Assembly: GCA_964016885.1 (NCBI GenBank)
Contig: OZ024740.1
Span: 45,446,001 to 45,510,000, forward strand
DNA from: Eledone cirrhosa
Lineage: Eukaryota
Direction: 5' to 3'
DNA: 64,000 nucleotides
Positions 24,851 to 37,400 of this stretch are shown one piece after another (position 1 is the first letter of the stretch; each line of letters begins with the position of its first letter). The translations under genes were made by a program, and so were the position numbers. Below the pieces are notes generated by a model. The model did no database searches. It had not been told where the DNA came from and was given only the letters and a program-made list of their open reading frames with translations.

Positions 24851-26056
24851 GTAGGTGAACTAGACAAATTCCTTTGGAAATCATTCTTTGTTCTATAAGC
24901 ATTTATATTTAGCTAAAAACCTTCCACCATAATTTAATTTAAGAATCTTGAAGTTATGTTCCAAATATTAGTTTAATAATGAAAAAGTTATATTATTATA
25001 TCTTTACAAATTCTTGATTATTTGAAAACTATATGCAATATGCTTCATTAGAAATATGGTAATCAATGATTCTAAAAATTATTTTAAATACTTTCCTTCT
25101 CAAACTTAGTTTTAAATACAAAAAATTGTCCTTTTTTGTTTCATAAGCCCCAAGTGCTCTCTTGAGAGCAAATGCCTACCTCCAGTTTAAGGTAATTTTG
25201 AAAATAATAAAAAATTTGGTGGAATTTCTCATTATTAAACTGGTGTTTAGAGCATAACTTAATATAGTTCCTAACATAATATTATGATGGAAGGTTTTTT
25301 TCAATATTGTTTATTTATAAAATTTCAAATATTGAAGGCCAATGGGAGGCAGATTATGCATCAGAAAACGAAAAAGAAAAGAGGAAACAAGGGAAGCTGT
25401 AAAACAGTCAGAAGTTTCTCTTGTTGAATCTTTTTGTAGCTTATATGTACTCAAAGATTTTGTTTATATTTGACTGTAGACCTGTAGTCATATATTGAAC
25501 TTCCCATCTTGGAAGTTTTTTAAAGATTGGTTTCAACATGGCCTCTCTCTGAGACTGATAGTTTCTACACTGGAACATAGAGGTGAATCTCTATGACCTG
25601 TTCTTGATAGAATTTTGTTCAAAGGTATATGTCCAGTTCAAAGCCAGCATAGTCTTTTTGTATTTGCATTACTCAATGATTGATAAGTTTTGAATGTAGT
25701 CAAATCTGGTTGAGAAAGTGGGGGAATGAAATTTGTGAGTTTATTTCTGGATTCTTCCCAAAAAGTTTCCCACCCATGACTAATTATATTTGTTAAATGA
25801 TTTTACCTGTGAAAGATTTTGCATGAAGTCTATATCTATTATTTCCCTTAACACAAAGTCTTGTATTATAAAATCAGCGGCAGTTTGGTACTGAAAGTAT
25901 TAACTGATTCTTCATAATTTCTATAATATTGACTTGTTATTCACCATAGCGTTGTTTAATTTCTTATAGATAAAATTTGTCACTGAACTACCAAAGACCA
26001 TCAGTGGAAAGATCCGACGTGTTGAGCTGAGAGAATCAGAGTGGCAAGCTGAATGA
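24731..26056 (+). CDS. ACSM3: Acyl-CoA synthetase medium-chain (ACSM-like), last two coding exons; join(24731-24850, 25970-26056)
   Basis: The exons give [76 protein letters not shown] and LPKTxSGKI (A10 lysine motif) are typical of the ACSM C-terminus. The family is secure; the paralogue symbol is approximate. Confidence 0.88.
25970..26056 (+). CDS. ACSM3: ACSM-like terminal coding exon (87 nt including TGA)
   Basis: ttcttatag|ATA AAA TTT..GAA TGA; AATAAA at 26397 and 26783 downstream. Confidence 0.9.
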   Translation: MKFVTELPKTISGKIRRVELRESEWQAE

Positions 26057-26879
26057 ATTCAGATATGTCAAATCCTTTAACTTTTAATGTCCTAGACCAC
26101 ATGATACCCCATTACCAAGATATTCTTGAAAAAATACAAACAGCACAACTGCATCACACTAAAAATTTAAGTACTTACTCTCATAGTGCAAATTTTCATT
26201 ACATTCTGTCGACTAGTAAAGATATGATAAATATTTGAACTAACAAACTTGTTTTTAGACATTTTCTACTAAATATTTACTGGATGTTAAGATTAAATTA
26301 AAGACAAGGAACATTATTGTTAGCATAATTGAGTGCATCACATTAAAAATTAGTCTTTATTCCAATCCTGTTATTGTTCACAACAATCTGTCCAGTAATA
26401 AAGATACTATAAACATTTGGACTAACAAACCCTTTTTTTATAGATATATTCTATTATGTTAAGGGGATGATGAATCAAACATCTGTTAAATGATGTTAAG
26501 AGTTGATCAATGTTTTCATACTTTACATACCTAACAACCCTTTACTGGAGCATCTCTCAGGTAGTGTCTCATTTATACATCCTGGTAACAATCATTCATC
26601 TGTTTGTCAAACATTTAGCAAAGACAGCTTTAGAAGAATTCATACATAATCCTAAGTCATGAAACTACTTTTAGAATATCCTGATAACTCTATTGATACC
26701 AACCCAACTTAAATCAGTTCTGGTTCAATGATACAAAAACCCCCATTTCAAAAAGTTCCTCAAGTCACTTTTTTAGTAATGAAATAAATAATAATTTTAG
26801 TAAATCCCTCAAAATTCTTAATCAATTAATCGAAATAGAGTATGTTTTTGGCGAGTACTTCATTAGAAATACATTCATA

Positions 26880-27042
26880 TTATAATAATGAAAATTATTG
26901 TGTACAGTGCTCAGGTGCACTACAACTCATCAAAAGAGTATGTATAGTACATAGAATAATGTACAAAAGTCAGGAAAGTGTATGAGTCATGAGACACACA
27001 CACATGCATGTGTATGGAGGGGGAATATCAGATGTAGTGTTA
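26880..27042 (-). mobile_element. CR1-like LINE 3' UTR fragment
   Basis: Reverse complement of the 3' UTR and (ATT)n end at 54610-54770 (gagttgtagtgcacctgagcactgtacacaataat). Confidence 0.8.
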
Positions 27043-27329
27043 ATTCAGCACCTCACATCTAAGTAGCTTACTCCTTTACACAATATATTCAACCTAGTCA
27101 AGAGAACCCAGTATATGTTTTAACTTCAAATTAACAAAGATTAAAATCAACCAAAATTGCATCTGGATTATTTTGGACCTTAGTCAATTCCGAGGTTGAG
27201 TGTTCCAGTTGATTTGACCAACAGAACAGATTTTTTCCTTCCAGGAACTAACAGCTGTCAAGTTACACATCTCAGGACTGCCACTCTCAATGTTGGCACC
27301 CTGAAAAGTGAAGCTGTTAGAGAGGAGAG

Positions 27330-27650
27330 AAGCAGATGAATGATGTGTACATGAGGTGAGATGGAGTAGGTACCTCAGCAAGACTACTCACAGGCAAACA
27401 ACATCAATACAAACTTTTCTGAGTAAGAAATGACAATGAGGTAGGTAGTGTAGACATTCTACTAGCTGGGAAATGGATAGATAAGGTGATAGAAGTAGTT
27501 AGAGTAAGTGACAGAATTATCAAGTTTAGAATAGCTGTAGGAAATAGAATGGTGATAATTACATCTATCTATGCATTGCAGGTAGGACTGAGCAAAGAAC
27601 AAAAGGACCAGTTGGTTCTATGAGGAATTTTTAGACAACCTGTTACTAAT
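27330..27650 (+). mobile_element. Degraded RTE endonuclease fragment
   Basis: Translates as WIDKVIEVVRVSDRIIKFRI..SIYALQVGLSKEQKD, similar to the EN region of ORF 59923-60348. Confidence 0.7.
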
Positions 27651-27806
27651 GAAAGAGAGTGTTTGAGGACTCTGGCCCCACGACCCTTTCAGGAATAAGT
27701 GGGTGAAGAAGTCTCCACTATTCAGATTTATTTGCAGTTTTTATTGCAAAATTGTTGCCTTTTATTTCTCATTCTAGAAAATATATAAGAAATGAAACAA
27801 ATTTTG

Positions 27807-29218
27807 TATCAAGTTATAACGAAAGTAGTCCATTTTTTTAAGGCTCAATAAAACAATTAAAAATACCATATCATATATATTAATTGTTAATATAGTCATC
27901 ATTCTTCTTCGTGACATCTCCCCATCTGTCAATAAGCTTTTTAATTCAATGTTCATAAAAGTCTAAATTTTAAACTAAAAAAAGGAAATTAACTCATTTT
28001 CAATTTCTCTTGAATCCACTCAAATGATTTTGAAAACATTTAAAGAGATGGTAATCTGTTGGTGTGAGGTCTGGGGAATATGGTGGGTGAAGCATAATTT
28101 CCCAGGAATATTTTTCAAGATCCTTAGTCTTTTGTGCAGTATGAGGTCTAGTGTTTGTTAATGATGGGCGTTTTTGCTGCAAACTGCTTTGAAGCGTCTT
28201 AACTCATGATGAATTCTTCCCCACATACTCAGAAGAATCTTCCTTGTATGTAGGCCACCTCTAGGCTGCTGAGCCACTGACTTCTTCGCTTAACATTATG
28301 GTAAAGTATCCATTTCTCATCTCCAGTAATGACTGTTCAAAAAAGGCATTTGTAGCTCACAAGATCATGTGGAACTCATTTTCCAATCTTTGACACTTTA
28401 CCAAGCATTTTCAATTTGTGATGGAGGCACATGGCTTAGTGGTTAGAGCATTCGGCTTGCAATCGAAAGGTTGTGAGTTCAATTCTCAGACCGGGTGATG
28501 TGTTGTTTCCTTGAGCAAGACACTTTAATTCACATTGCTCCAGTTTACTCAGCTGTAGAAATGAGATGATAGGCTGGGGTCCATATCATTCCACTGAAAA
28601 GTGGTCGTGGAGGTGCCACGGCAAAAAAAAGCACCCAGCACTCACTGTAAATGAGGTTGGTGTTAGGAAGGGCATCCAGCTGTAGAAATCAAGCCAGAAT
28701 CAGTTCCCATCCCACCCTTGCAAGCAGGGAAAAGCGGACGTAAAATGATGATGATGAATGGTGGTATGGCTCATATTTAAGTCCGTGCTTAGTTCCTGAA
28801 CTGTAATGGTTGGGTTTGTATCAACAGCGACTTGCATTGCATCAGAATCCAGTCCTTTCAGATGCCCTTCTCTTGATTCATCCTGCAGGTTATAGTCCCT
28901 CTTTCTGAATTGTGAAAATCATCTAAATGGATGTTAAACGGTAATGATGATGATCTCCTGCGTGTTCTTTCAGTCACTGACATCTTTATAAGTGCTCTGG
29001 AGTTGTTTTGCTGCTGTACTTGCACTATTACGTTTTTGAAATTCATAAAGAATAACATGTGTTCTTTACTTGGAGTGAACATGGTGCCAATACAATAGCT
29101 TCAATAAAGATAAATTTGGCAAAATATGAGATTGTCACGATGATTTCAGCATATTCCAAATATAATTGAGAAGTTAGACACCTTTAAATATAACTAGAAC
29201 TTTTGTTACAACCTGATA
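27807..29218 (-). mobile_element. Decayed mariner (DD34D-type) transposon with both TIRs, interrupted by a SINE
   Basis: TIRs tatcaagttataacgaaagt (27807-27826) and acttttgttacaacctgata (29199-29218) differ at 3 positions and end in TA. Transposase remnants: ITGDEK, RPHTA, HPPYSPDLTPTDYHLF, FY..IKKLIDRW. Confidence 0.88.
28423..28756 (+). mobile_element. tRNA-derived SINE (family 1) with RTE-type 3' tail
   Basis: A box TGGCTTAGTGG, anticodon-like arm ttcgg-cttgcaa-tcgaa, B box GAGTTCAATTC, central ccttgagcaagacacttt core, tail cttgcaagcagggaaaagcggacgtaaaat(gat)n. Confidence 0.88.
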
Positions 29219-30914
29219 CTTCAGACTTATTGGTTTTATATCCATCTTTCCATGTAAGCAGGACTGGACACTGGCTGGAATTTATACCAGTTTCATGTGG
29301 TATTAAGCACTGAGAGTACAAGACCCTCCTTTGGATAGGATTTCAATCTATTGTCAGGTTAGCCCAAGCTGCTGGTACTCTGCTGAATGAACTGGAGCAA
29401 TATGAAATGAGGTGCCTTACTCAAAGATATAACATGCTGCTCAGTCTGGAGGGATTGAAACCACAATCTTATGACTGTAAGACCAAACCTTTACCAATAG
29501 GCTACATGTCATTACATCAGACTACCTGAATCTAAATATCCAAGATCTATAAATAAATTCAAGGCATTTCCTCTTGAACTTGGCAGAATTGTTTGAATTC
29601 AAATTTTGCTAGTCAATAGAATACAAGACTAGTCAAATACTTGATTAGAATAGAATTATAACAGAAGACAGATGTATCAGACTTAAAAATACCAAAAGCA
29701 GTGGTTTTTCAATTATCCCAGAGCCATATCAATGCAATATGATTTAAATTTACAAAACCTTAACCCATCATAGGTTCGAGACATTAGAGAATACAGAAAT
29801 TCAAATAAATTAGTTTTAATTTTTTTAATTACATTTTTTCAACTTGAGCTTCTTCTGCAATTACTAAAATAACTAATATGCAACCAAATAAATCTTTAGC
29901 CTAAAAAGACAACGAGCTATACAGTTTGTTAATTACTGTATATGGGAAAGAAAAAAAGAAAATCAAAGGTAAAACTTTCGAGGTCAATATTTTAATGATT
30001 TTCAGCAACTTCAAATTCTATGTAAATAAGGCACTAAAATATCTAGAGTGGTTATTTCACAATGACACAGTTTTTCTACATTTACTACATTGTCATGAGT
30101 GTTATTTATGCATTCCTTAAGAACATTCCCAACCAACTTTTATAATTTGAACATTTTAATACATAAATATCCCCTACACATTCATTGCATGCACACGGAC
30201 TGTTTTTCTTTGTCACTTAATTATACTTTTTCTAACAATCTTACTCCTGTCTTGTATTTTATTGCTCTCATGCTTGCTCTGCTTTCCTGTTTGTTCCTCC
30301 CTCTTCTTCTCTGAATTGTTATACAATGTTTATTTGGTTGATCTTTTTCTTTTAACTATTCCCTATTGTCCCCTTGCATAGCTTCGATCTCCCTCAAATA
30401 GCCGGAAGTAAATAAAAATTTGAGAAACTTTATAAAAAAAATGGATGAAATGGTAAAAAATATTATTATGTAATGGAGTTGTGAAACAAAAACTACACTT
30501 AAAACATTTTAAATATCAAAATAATAAAACTTCATAAACATATTCTCATGATGATTTCAAAACCATGACATCTAAACATCTGTTGATTAGCTGTCTGGAC
30601 CTATAACAGAGTTTGGATTTTTGCCCATTTCTGAGACATAAAATAGGGGGTTGGCTTAAGGCTAATAGTCCCACCTTATGTTTTACAGTACATTAGAGAT
30701 AAAGTTATTTAACAGAGCCTCAGCTCATCATATTTCTCACAAGCAGAGTCTCATACTTTCAATCATTTCAATAGAATATCCCATGAAATATTTATCAGTG
30801 TCTACTAGAGTAGGGTAGTAATTAATTATCAATTAATACAAAATATACATAACACCATTATCAGCCAAAAGAAAATGAAACTAGAGATTTTAACTTTCAG
30901 ATATAAATTTGCTT

Positions 30915-30976
30915 TTTATTAAAAAGAAATATTCAAAATAGGATATTAAAACATTTAATAAAATGCCAAGTTTATT
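30915..30976 (-). terminator. Candidate SMC4 polyadenylation signals (AATAAA on the minus strand)
   Basis: tttatt at 30915-30920 and 30971-30976, about 290-345 nt after the SMC4 stop codon. The AT-rich context makes chance hits likely. Confidence 0.4.
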
Positions 30977-31260
30977 ACTTGGTAAAAGTTTTGTCTCTTC
31001 ATTCATTCTTAAAGCATCTCAAGTTGGTTTTTGTATGTTTAGCTACACAAAAATACAGTTATATATATACATAGAACATTAAACTAAAATATTATTTCAT
31101 ATTGTAACAATCATTGTCACAGTCATAAAATCAGAGTCAAGCATCATTTAATCATCCATACCAAAGTGAATAGTAATGTAATGATATTGTGTATAGATAA
31201 AATATAAAATAAAATTGAAAGGAGATACGAAAGTAGGGGAAGAATATTTGTAAACTGTTT

Positions 31261-31422
31261 TTATGCATCACATTCCAACTCCATTTTACTCATCTTCTCA
31301 GGATTAATTGCCAGTGATTTAGTACAATTATCAGTCTTGTAAATTCCCACCAGTCTATCTGCCAATTCAAACATGTTGTTTCGAAGAGAGATTATAATAA
31401 ACTGGGCATTTTTTGTCTGATC
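31261..31422 (-). CDS. SMC4: SMC4 terminal coding exon (162 nt including TAA)
   Basis: [53 protein letters not shown]. Confidence 0.96.
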   Translation of the reverse strand, partial: [53 protein letters not shown]

Positions 31423-34400
31423 CTACAATGAAAAATATGACAAAGTTTATACTTCATGAGAAATATCAATGTAAGATGACTAATTTACAACAAACAATTA
31501 TTAAAAGGTGGATTGGTAGAGTGTCGGACACCATGCTTTCCAGCATAAAGTTACGGCCCTTGCTATTCTGAGTTCAAATCCCACCGGTTAACTTTGCTTT
31601 CATCCTTATGGGGTTGATAAAATAAAGTACCAGTAATATACTGGGTATTTGCTGGCCTTGTGCCAAAAGTAGAAACAATTATTAAAAGGAGTCACAAAAC
31701 CAAAATAAACCACTGATAAATAAATATCAGTAGAATACTGCTGTAATCATAATAATTTTTTTTAAAAGTGATTTTATTAAAAAAAAAAACTATGGCATAA
31801 CAGAAACAAACATGAAATCAAAACATTTCATTGTCATTGATTTTTTTTTACAAATCAATTCCAGTGATTAATAAAAAAAAAGACAGTTTTAATAAAATAA
31901 CTAAAATACAAAGCTGTAGTTGTTTCCAACTTAGAAATATTTCTATAGTGTATAACAAACTGTTATTAACTTATTCCTTCTCATATATTCACACTCACAA
32001 TTGTTTTATGCTAGCAATAAATTTTAGATTTTGGGATCGCTAGCTTAGGATGACCCCGGCCTTGTAGCTAAAAATAATAAAAATCATCAAAATGTAACAT
32101 TTTCACCCTAATATAGTTAGCAACAATGAAAACATTTTCATCTTACATTAATATAGTTAACAGTTGAAATATTTTCATCTTACCTTAATATAGTTGGCAA
32201 CAATGGAGACATTTTTGAAATCCAGAGCAGCATCAATCTCATCCATAACATAAAGAGGTGTTGGTTTGAAGTGATGCAAAGCAAACACCAAAGCTAAAGA
32301 ACTGAGTGTTTTCTCTCCTCCAGACAGATTGGATATATTCTTCCAAGATTTTTTGGGTGGCCGAACACTGAAATTATTAAAATACTATTTCTGTTAATAA
32401 AACAAAATTATTAATTCATCAACATCATCACTACTATTTAACATATGTGTATCTTTGCTACCAAGTGTTGGATGAGTTGTCACAGACCAAGTCAGTACTT
32501 AATTGGTGCTACTGATCTCTCAGACAAGCCAGGGGCTGCACCTCACATATGTTCTCATATACTATGGAATGTACTAGAAGCATTTAATTGACACAACTGA
32601 AGACTGTTCTCGACCCACTTTTGGCAAGGTTTCTACACCTGGATCCCCTTCTTATCACCAACCTCTTTAGAGCCTGTACTGAGTGGAATTTTTGTGGCAC
32701 CAGCACAAGAGGTTGTCATGCTGTGACTAAACAACCTTTTTTGGTATGGGTTTTACAGCTGGAAGCTATTTGTAACACTAACTACTTTACAGAGTGTATT
32801 AGGTGCATTTTATCATGGCACTAGTACTAGGGAGGGTTTAAAACAAAAAATATTCACAATAATAAATCTATTTCAAAATAAATAAAATGCTAACATGTTC
32901 TGGAAAACTTAAATTGGTAAACATATGTATGGATAAGTAGGGAACAGCTTTTCTTTCACACATTATATTGAAAATATTACAGCTTAAGTTTGATCTCTTT
33001 TATTAATTTTTCAGTTTTGGTTTGGAACAATAACACTACTGAATCGATAAGTTTATTAAGATTTCAAAACTATCGTAACCCCATCTTCAGAATACAGATG
33101 ATAGTATTAGTGGCATATTTCTCGTGTTTTGCAGTGCTCGTAAAGTATCATGGCAGTACTAGTATAATCATTACACAAACAGGAGAAACAAAACTCAATA
33201 CAAGAGGAGAGTAATGTATATTTTATTATATACATGAAGGGTGGACTGGCAGTATCAGTAGAGAACATTGGACAACATGCTTTGAGGCATATAGTTACGT
33301 CCCTTCACATTCAGGAGTTCAAATCTCGCTGATTTTAGCTTTGCACTGGAGTCAATTTAATTGACTTTCCCATTCCCCAAAATTGTTGGCCTTGTGCCTA
33401 ATTCAGAAACCATTATATACATGAAGCAATTTGAGTAAGTGGTGTAGCTTCAGTGCACAGAGAGCTGGAACAAATATCGTAAAACAATTTTAATCCAAAT
33501 TAGAAATCTGGTAATGAAAGGGTTAAAAATGATTCCTCCTCATCATTGTCATTTAATATGCAAGGGTTGGCAGGATTTTCACAGAACAAGTGAGTACTCA
33601 AGTGGAGCTACTGACCACTCATATGGGCTGGTGGCCTGCATCTCACTTACATGCAATCTCACACTCTACTGAGTGGATTTTACTCGTTCCCTACACAAAA
33701 GTGTAATACTCAACTAATAGTCACATAGAGAGAAAATTCCAAGCCAGAATTTCAGACAAAGCGGTAATTACCTGAAGACAATACCCTCAGAAAAAGGATC
33801 AAGTGAATCAACAAGTTCTAATTCAGCATCTCCTCCAAGTGTAATCATTTGATACATTTCCTTCAGTCTGTTGGTAATTATACTAAAGCCTGTCATGAAT
33901 TCATCTAGGCGTTGTTTTCGTATATCTTCAAACATTTGCTTTTGTTGGTCACGACAATCGGTAATTTCATCCATCTCTGCAACTCTTTGCATATAAATGG
34001 CTTCCTATATAAGAATAAGAGAATACAAACAATTAGAGAATTTTCAAAAATTTCTGTTCAATCAATCACATAAAAGCTATTGTTAGGTAGTTGATAGCTT
34101 CTGTTACCTTGATGACCAAATTAGCAGTAGAGGTGAATGTTTTGAAAGTATAGTAGCTAGTGGGAAAACCAGTTGGAAAAAGATCAGGAAGCTACTATCA
34201 CTAATGGCTACAAAGGGTTTCGCTCAATGTCCAAACAGCAATACTGCATGGAAATGAAACTTCCATACAGTATTATGTCAAGAGGACTTACAAAGTTTGG
34301 AAAGAATGAGGTGAGCATGCTCAAATGGATGAGGGAGTGTTTTAGTGGCTTCTTACAATATTCAGGGATACAGTGTATCTATTCTAAAACATTGGTATAT

Positions 34401-37400
34401 GAAGATATTTTTTCTGAAAAGATGGATTGATATTAAAACAAAGTAGAAACTATTACCAAAATTAACAATGGAAAGCTGACATAAAATGATAATAACAGCA
34501 ACAATATCAATGTTAATCAACTGCTATTGCTGCTCTTAAAAAAGGCAGACTAAAAACTAATTCTTTTGCAAGAAAAGCATATTCAAAACCTTGCAATAAT
34601 CAAGCTTCCTTACCTTCTTTCTGTATTCCTGAATAGCTGTCAAATTAGGCTTCATTTTGCTCAATCTTTCTTCCAATACAGTAATCTCATATTTAAGTTC
34701 TTCAATATCTGTCTTAGTTAGTTCTTCCTCATCAATACTACCCAGAAGTCCAGGCTGTACGTCTCCAATGGCATGAAGAATTAACTGGGAAATCTAGAAA
34801 TACAAGTTAAACATTATTCATTCAGACATTTACAACAGCAACAAGCATTTTAAGCATCATCGTTGCCAAAACAGAGACTAGCTTTGTAGGATCCATTACA
34901 AGTTTATCCTTTTTCCCTATTGTCTACATCCTCCATTTTTATCTGTCTTTCTTGGTCTTCCTCTTCCTTCCACATTCATTGCCATCACTTCTCTTATCCT
35001 TACTCAAAACATGACCCAAACATCTCATTTCATTTCTTTTCACATCATTCATCAAAGGCTCCATTCCCATCAATCTTTGCAATTCATTGTTTGTCGTCCC
35101 CTCTCTCTGTGATACTCTACTTATCCACCAAACCATTCTTATTTCTGTTCTTTCCTGCTTTGCAGCATTCATCCCCGTTTCCCCACATAAATCATGGTAA
35201 TTCTCACACATGCAGCATACAATCTTCCCTTCAATTTCAGTGATATTCCCCTCATTAACACAGCAATCAATTCCTGGAACTTCTTCCATGCATATCTGAC
35301 TCTAATCCACCATGCAGAGTCTAATCCACCTTCTCCAAGGTAATAAATAAATAATTTTTTTTAAATCCCTCAGATAATCACAACTGTTGGAAGCAAATAC
35401 ACCTCCTTCAAATTAAATTACATAGGTTATTAAATGTAGACAACTGCTTGTCTTCTTGGAGTGTTCTGAATATTTGTTTCTAAAGCTGTCTAATTTGGAT
35501 ACAATGCAATTAGATTATATATGTTAGGTGGGAAAATGCCACAATTTGGTGAGATGAAGGCAAGTCATGGCAGATGTAAACAAGAAGACTTAGGAGTAAA
35601 ATTGTTTTCTTAGGTCTGAGAACATAAGCCTCACATACAGAGAAGTATGTGTATGTGTATGTGTCATTCACTATAGCCTATGGTTGACCCATGTCTTTTA
35701 AGTTAAATTAGGTAGACAGATACTGTTTGGAAGCCCATCAGATGGACTGCAGCAGTAATTCAAAGTGTTCACCTTGTCACACACACTGTATCACAATGAA
35801 TTCCCTGAGAATTACGTTAAAGCTACATGTGGAATGCTCAGCCACTTACACATTAATTACATGAGCAGGCAGTTTTATTATTATTATTATCATTATTATT
35901 ATCATTATTATTGATCAAACAACTGGAACACTTATTGAAACTAATGATTTTCTATAATATTATTCCATTAATAGTCTAAGTTATCAAAGCTGAACTAGGA
36001 TTTTTATACCTGTTTCTTCCAATGTTTTATTTTAACTTGATTAGTTTTCACAACATCTTCATATTTTTCTAGTTTGTGGTTCAAGTCTATGTTCTCTTTT
36101 GATAGGGCTGTTTCCTGCTTCTCATATTCACTCAATTTCTCTTTAAGATCAGTTAAAATTTTTTCATGGGCTTCGATTTTCTCCTGCAAAACACCAAAGA
36201 TAAAATAGTGGTACATCAATAGTTAAATACTATAAAATATTCAGTTCTATTCTAAAGGAAACAAAGAAATAATGAACATTCAGGTGAATATTTTCTGATA
36301 CTCTGAACTTCATAATAAACATTTTACATTTGTCAAGGACATTTTAATGTTTGAAATTTATAATGCTATCAATGCTACATGGACATATTATATTTAGTAA
36401 ATTATCAGTGTTATCCATTTAACAATAATTAAGAAGAATTTTTGCCTCAAAAAGGAATTCCCAGTTAATATATCATTTGCTTCTAAAGTTGAAGTAAATA
36501 ACCAGGCTTGTCAAAACATACAACTGAAGCCAACAGTAAATAATTTCAGTATGTCAATAACATGACAATCTTTTTAGTGTTGGTGACAGGAATTGACTTT
36601 CAACCATAGAAGACTATTCTGCTGTCAAAGACATGACACTCCCCTAGTACAGGTGCCACATTAAATGTACCAGGTGCACTGTGTAGAAAGCAGGATTGTA
36701 TGTAAACAAGATGTAATCCTCAGTCTGTCTGAGAAGTTAGTAGTCACCATTTAGAACTGACTTTGTCTGTGAGGTCTAGTCTAACCTTTGCTCAAAGAGA
36801 AAGTGAACATTTGATGATGAAAGATGAAGGCTAATTATTGTCGACTATTTTCTCCTTATCTAGATTCTTTTGATCAGTATGTCAATGCTTAATATCACTT
36901 AAAAACATTCCTATCTTCTCATACGAAATGAGCAAACGGATTTTTATGGCTAAAATCAGGTCATCATTCATCAGGAGAAGAACAAAAGCTAAGATAGAAA
37001 CATGAACAACTACTGTATTTATGGATGCAGCATGGCTAAATTGTTAAGAAGTTCGCTCTGCAATAATTAGGCACTTCAATCCTACTGCATGGCATCTTCA
37101 ACAAATGTCATTTATGATAGAACCATAACAGAAAAAAATTCAGGTTTCAAATATGTTAGCTAATAACAAATAAAGAATAGGGATAAAAAAAAAGAAAGAA
37201 AACTCGTCTTATACAACCAAGAAAAAAATATGATTGAGAAAGAAGGGATATAACAAACAAGAAGAAACAGGTTTCAAATAAACTGGCTAATAGCAAATGA
37301 GGAATTGGACAAAATTATTGAAGTGAAGGCGCATGGCTTAGTGGTTAGAGCATTGGGCTTGCAATTGAAAGGTTGTGAGTTCAATTCTCAGACCGGGTGA

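Noticed and set aside
25380-25910. Possible additional exon or coding relic inside the last ACSM intron
   Set aside because: The two ACSM exons join in frame without it, and I could not recognise any protein motif.
28425-28500. tRNA-Ala(TGC) genes at 28425, 37328 and 52263
   Set aside because: No acceptor-stem pairing or terminator; each continues into a SINE core and tail, so these are SINE heads.
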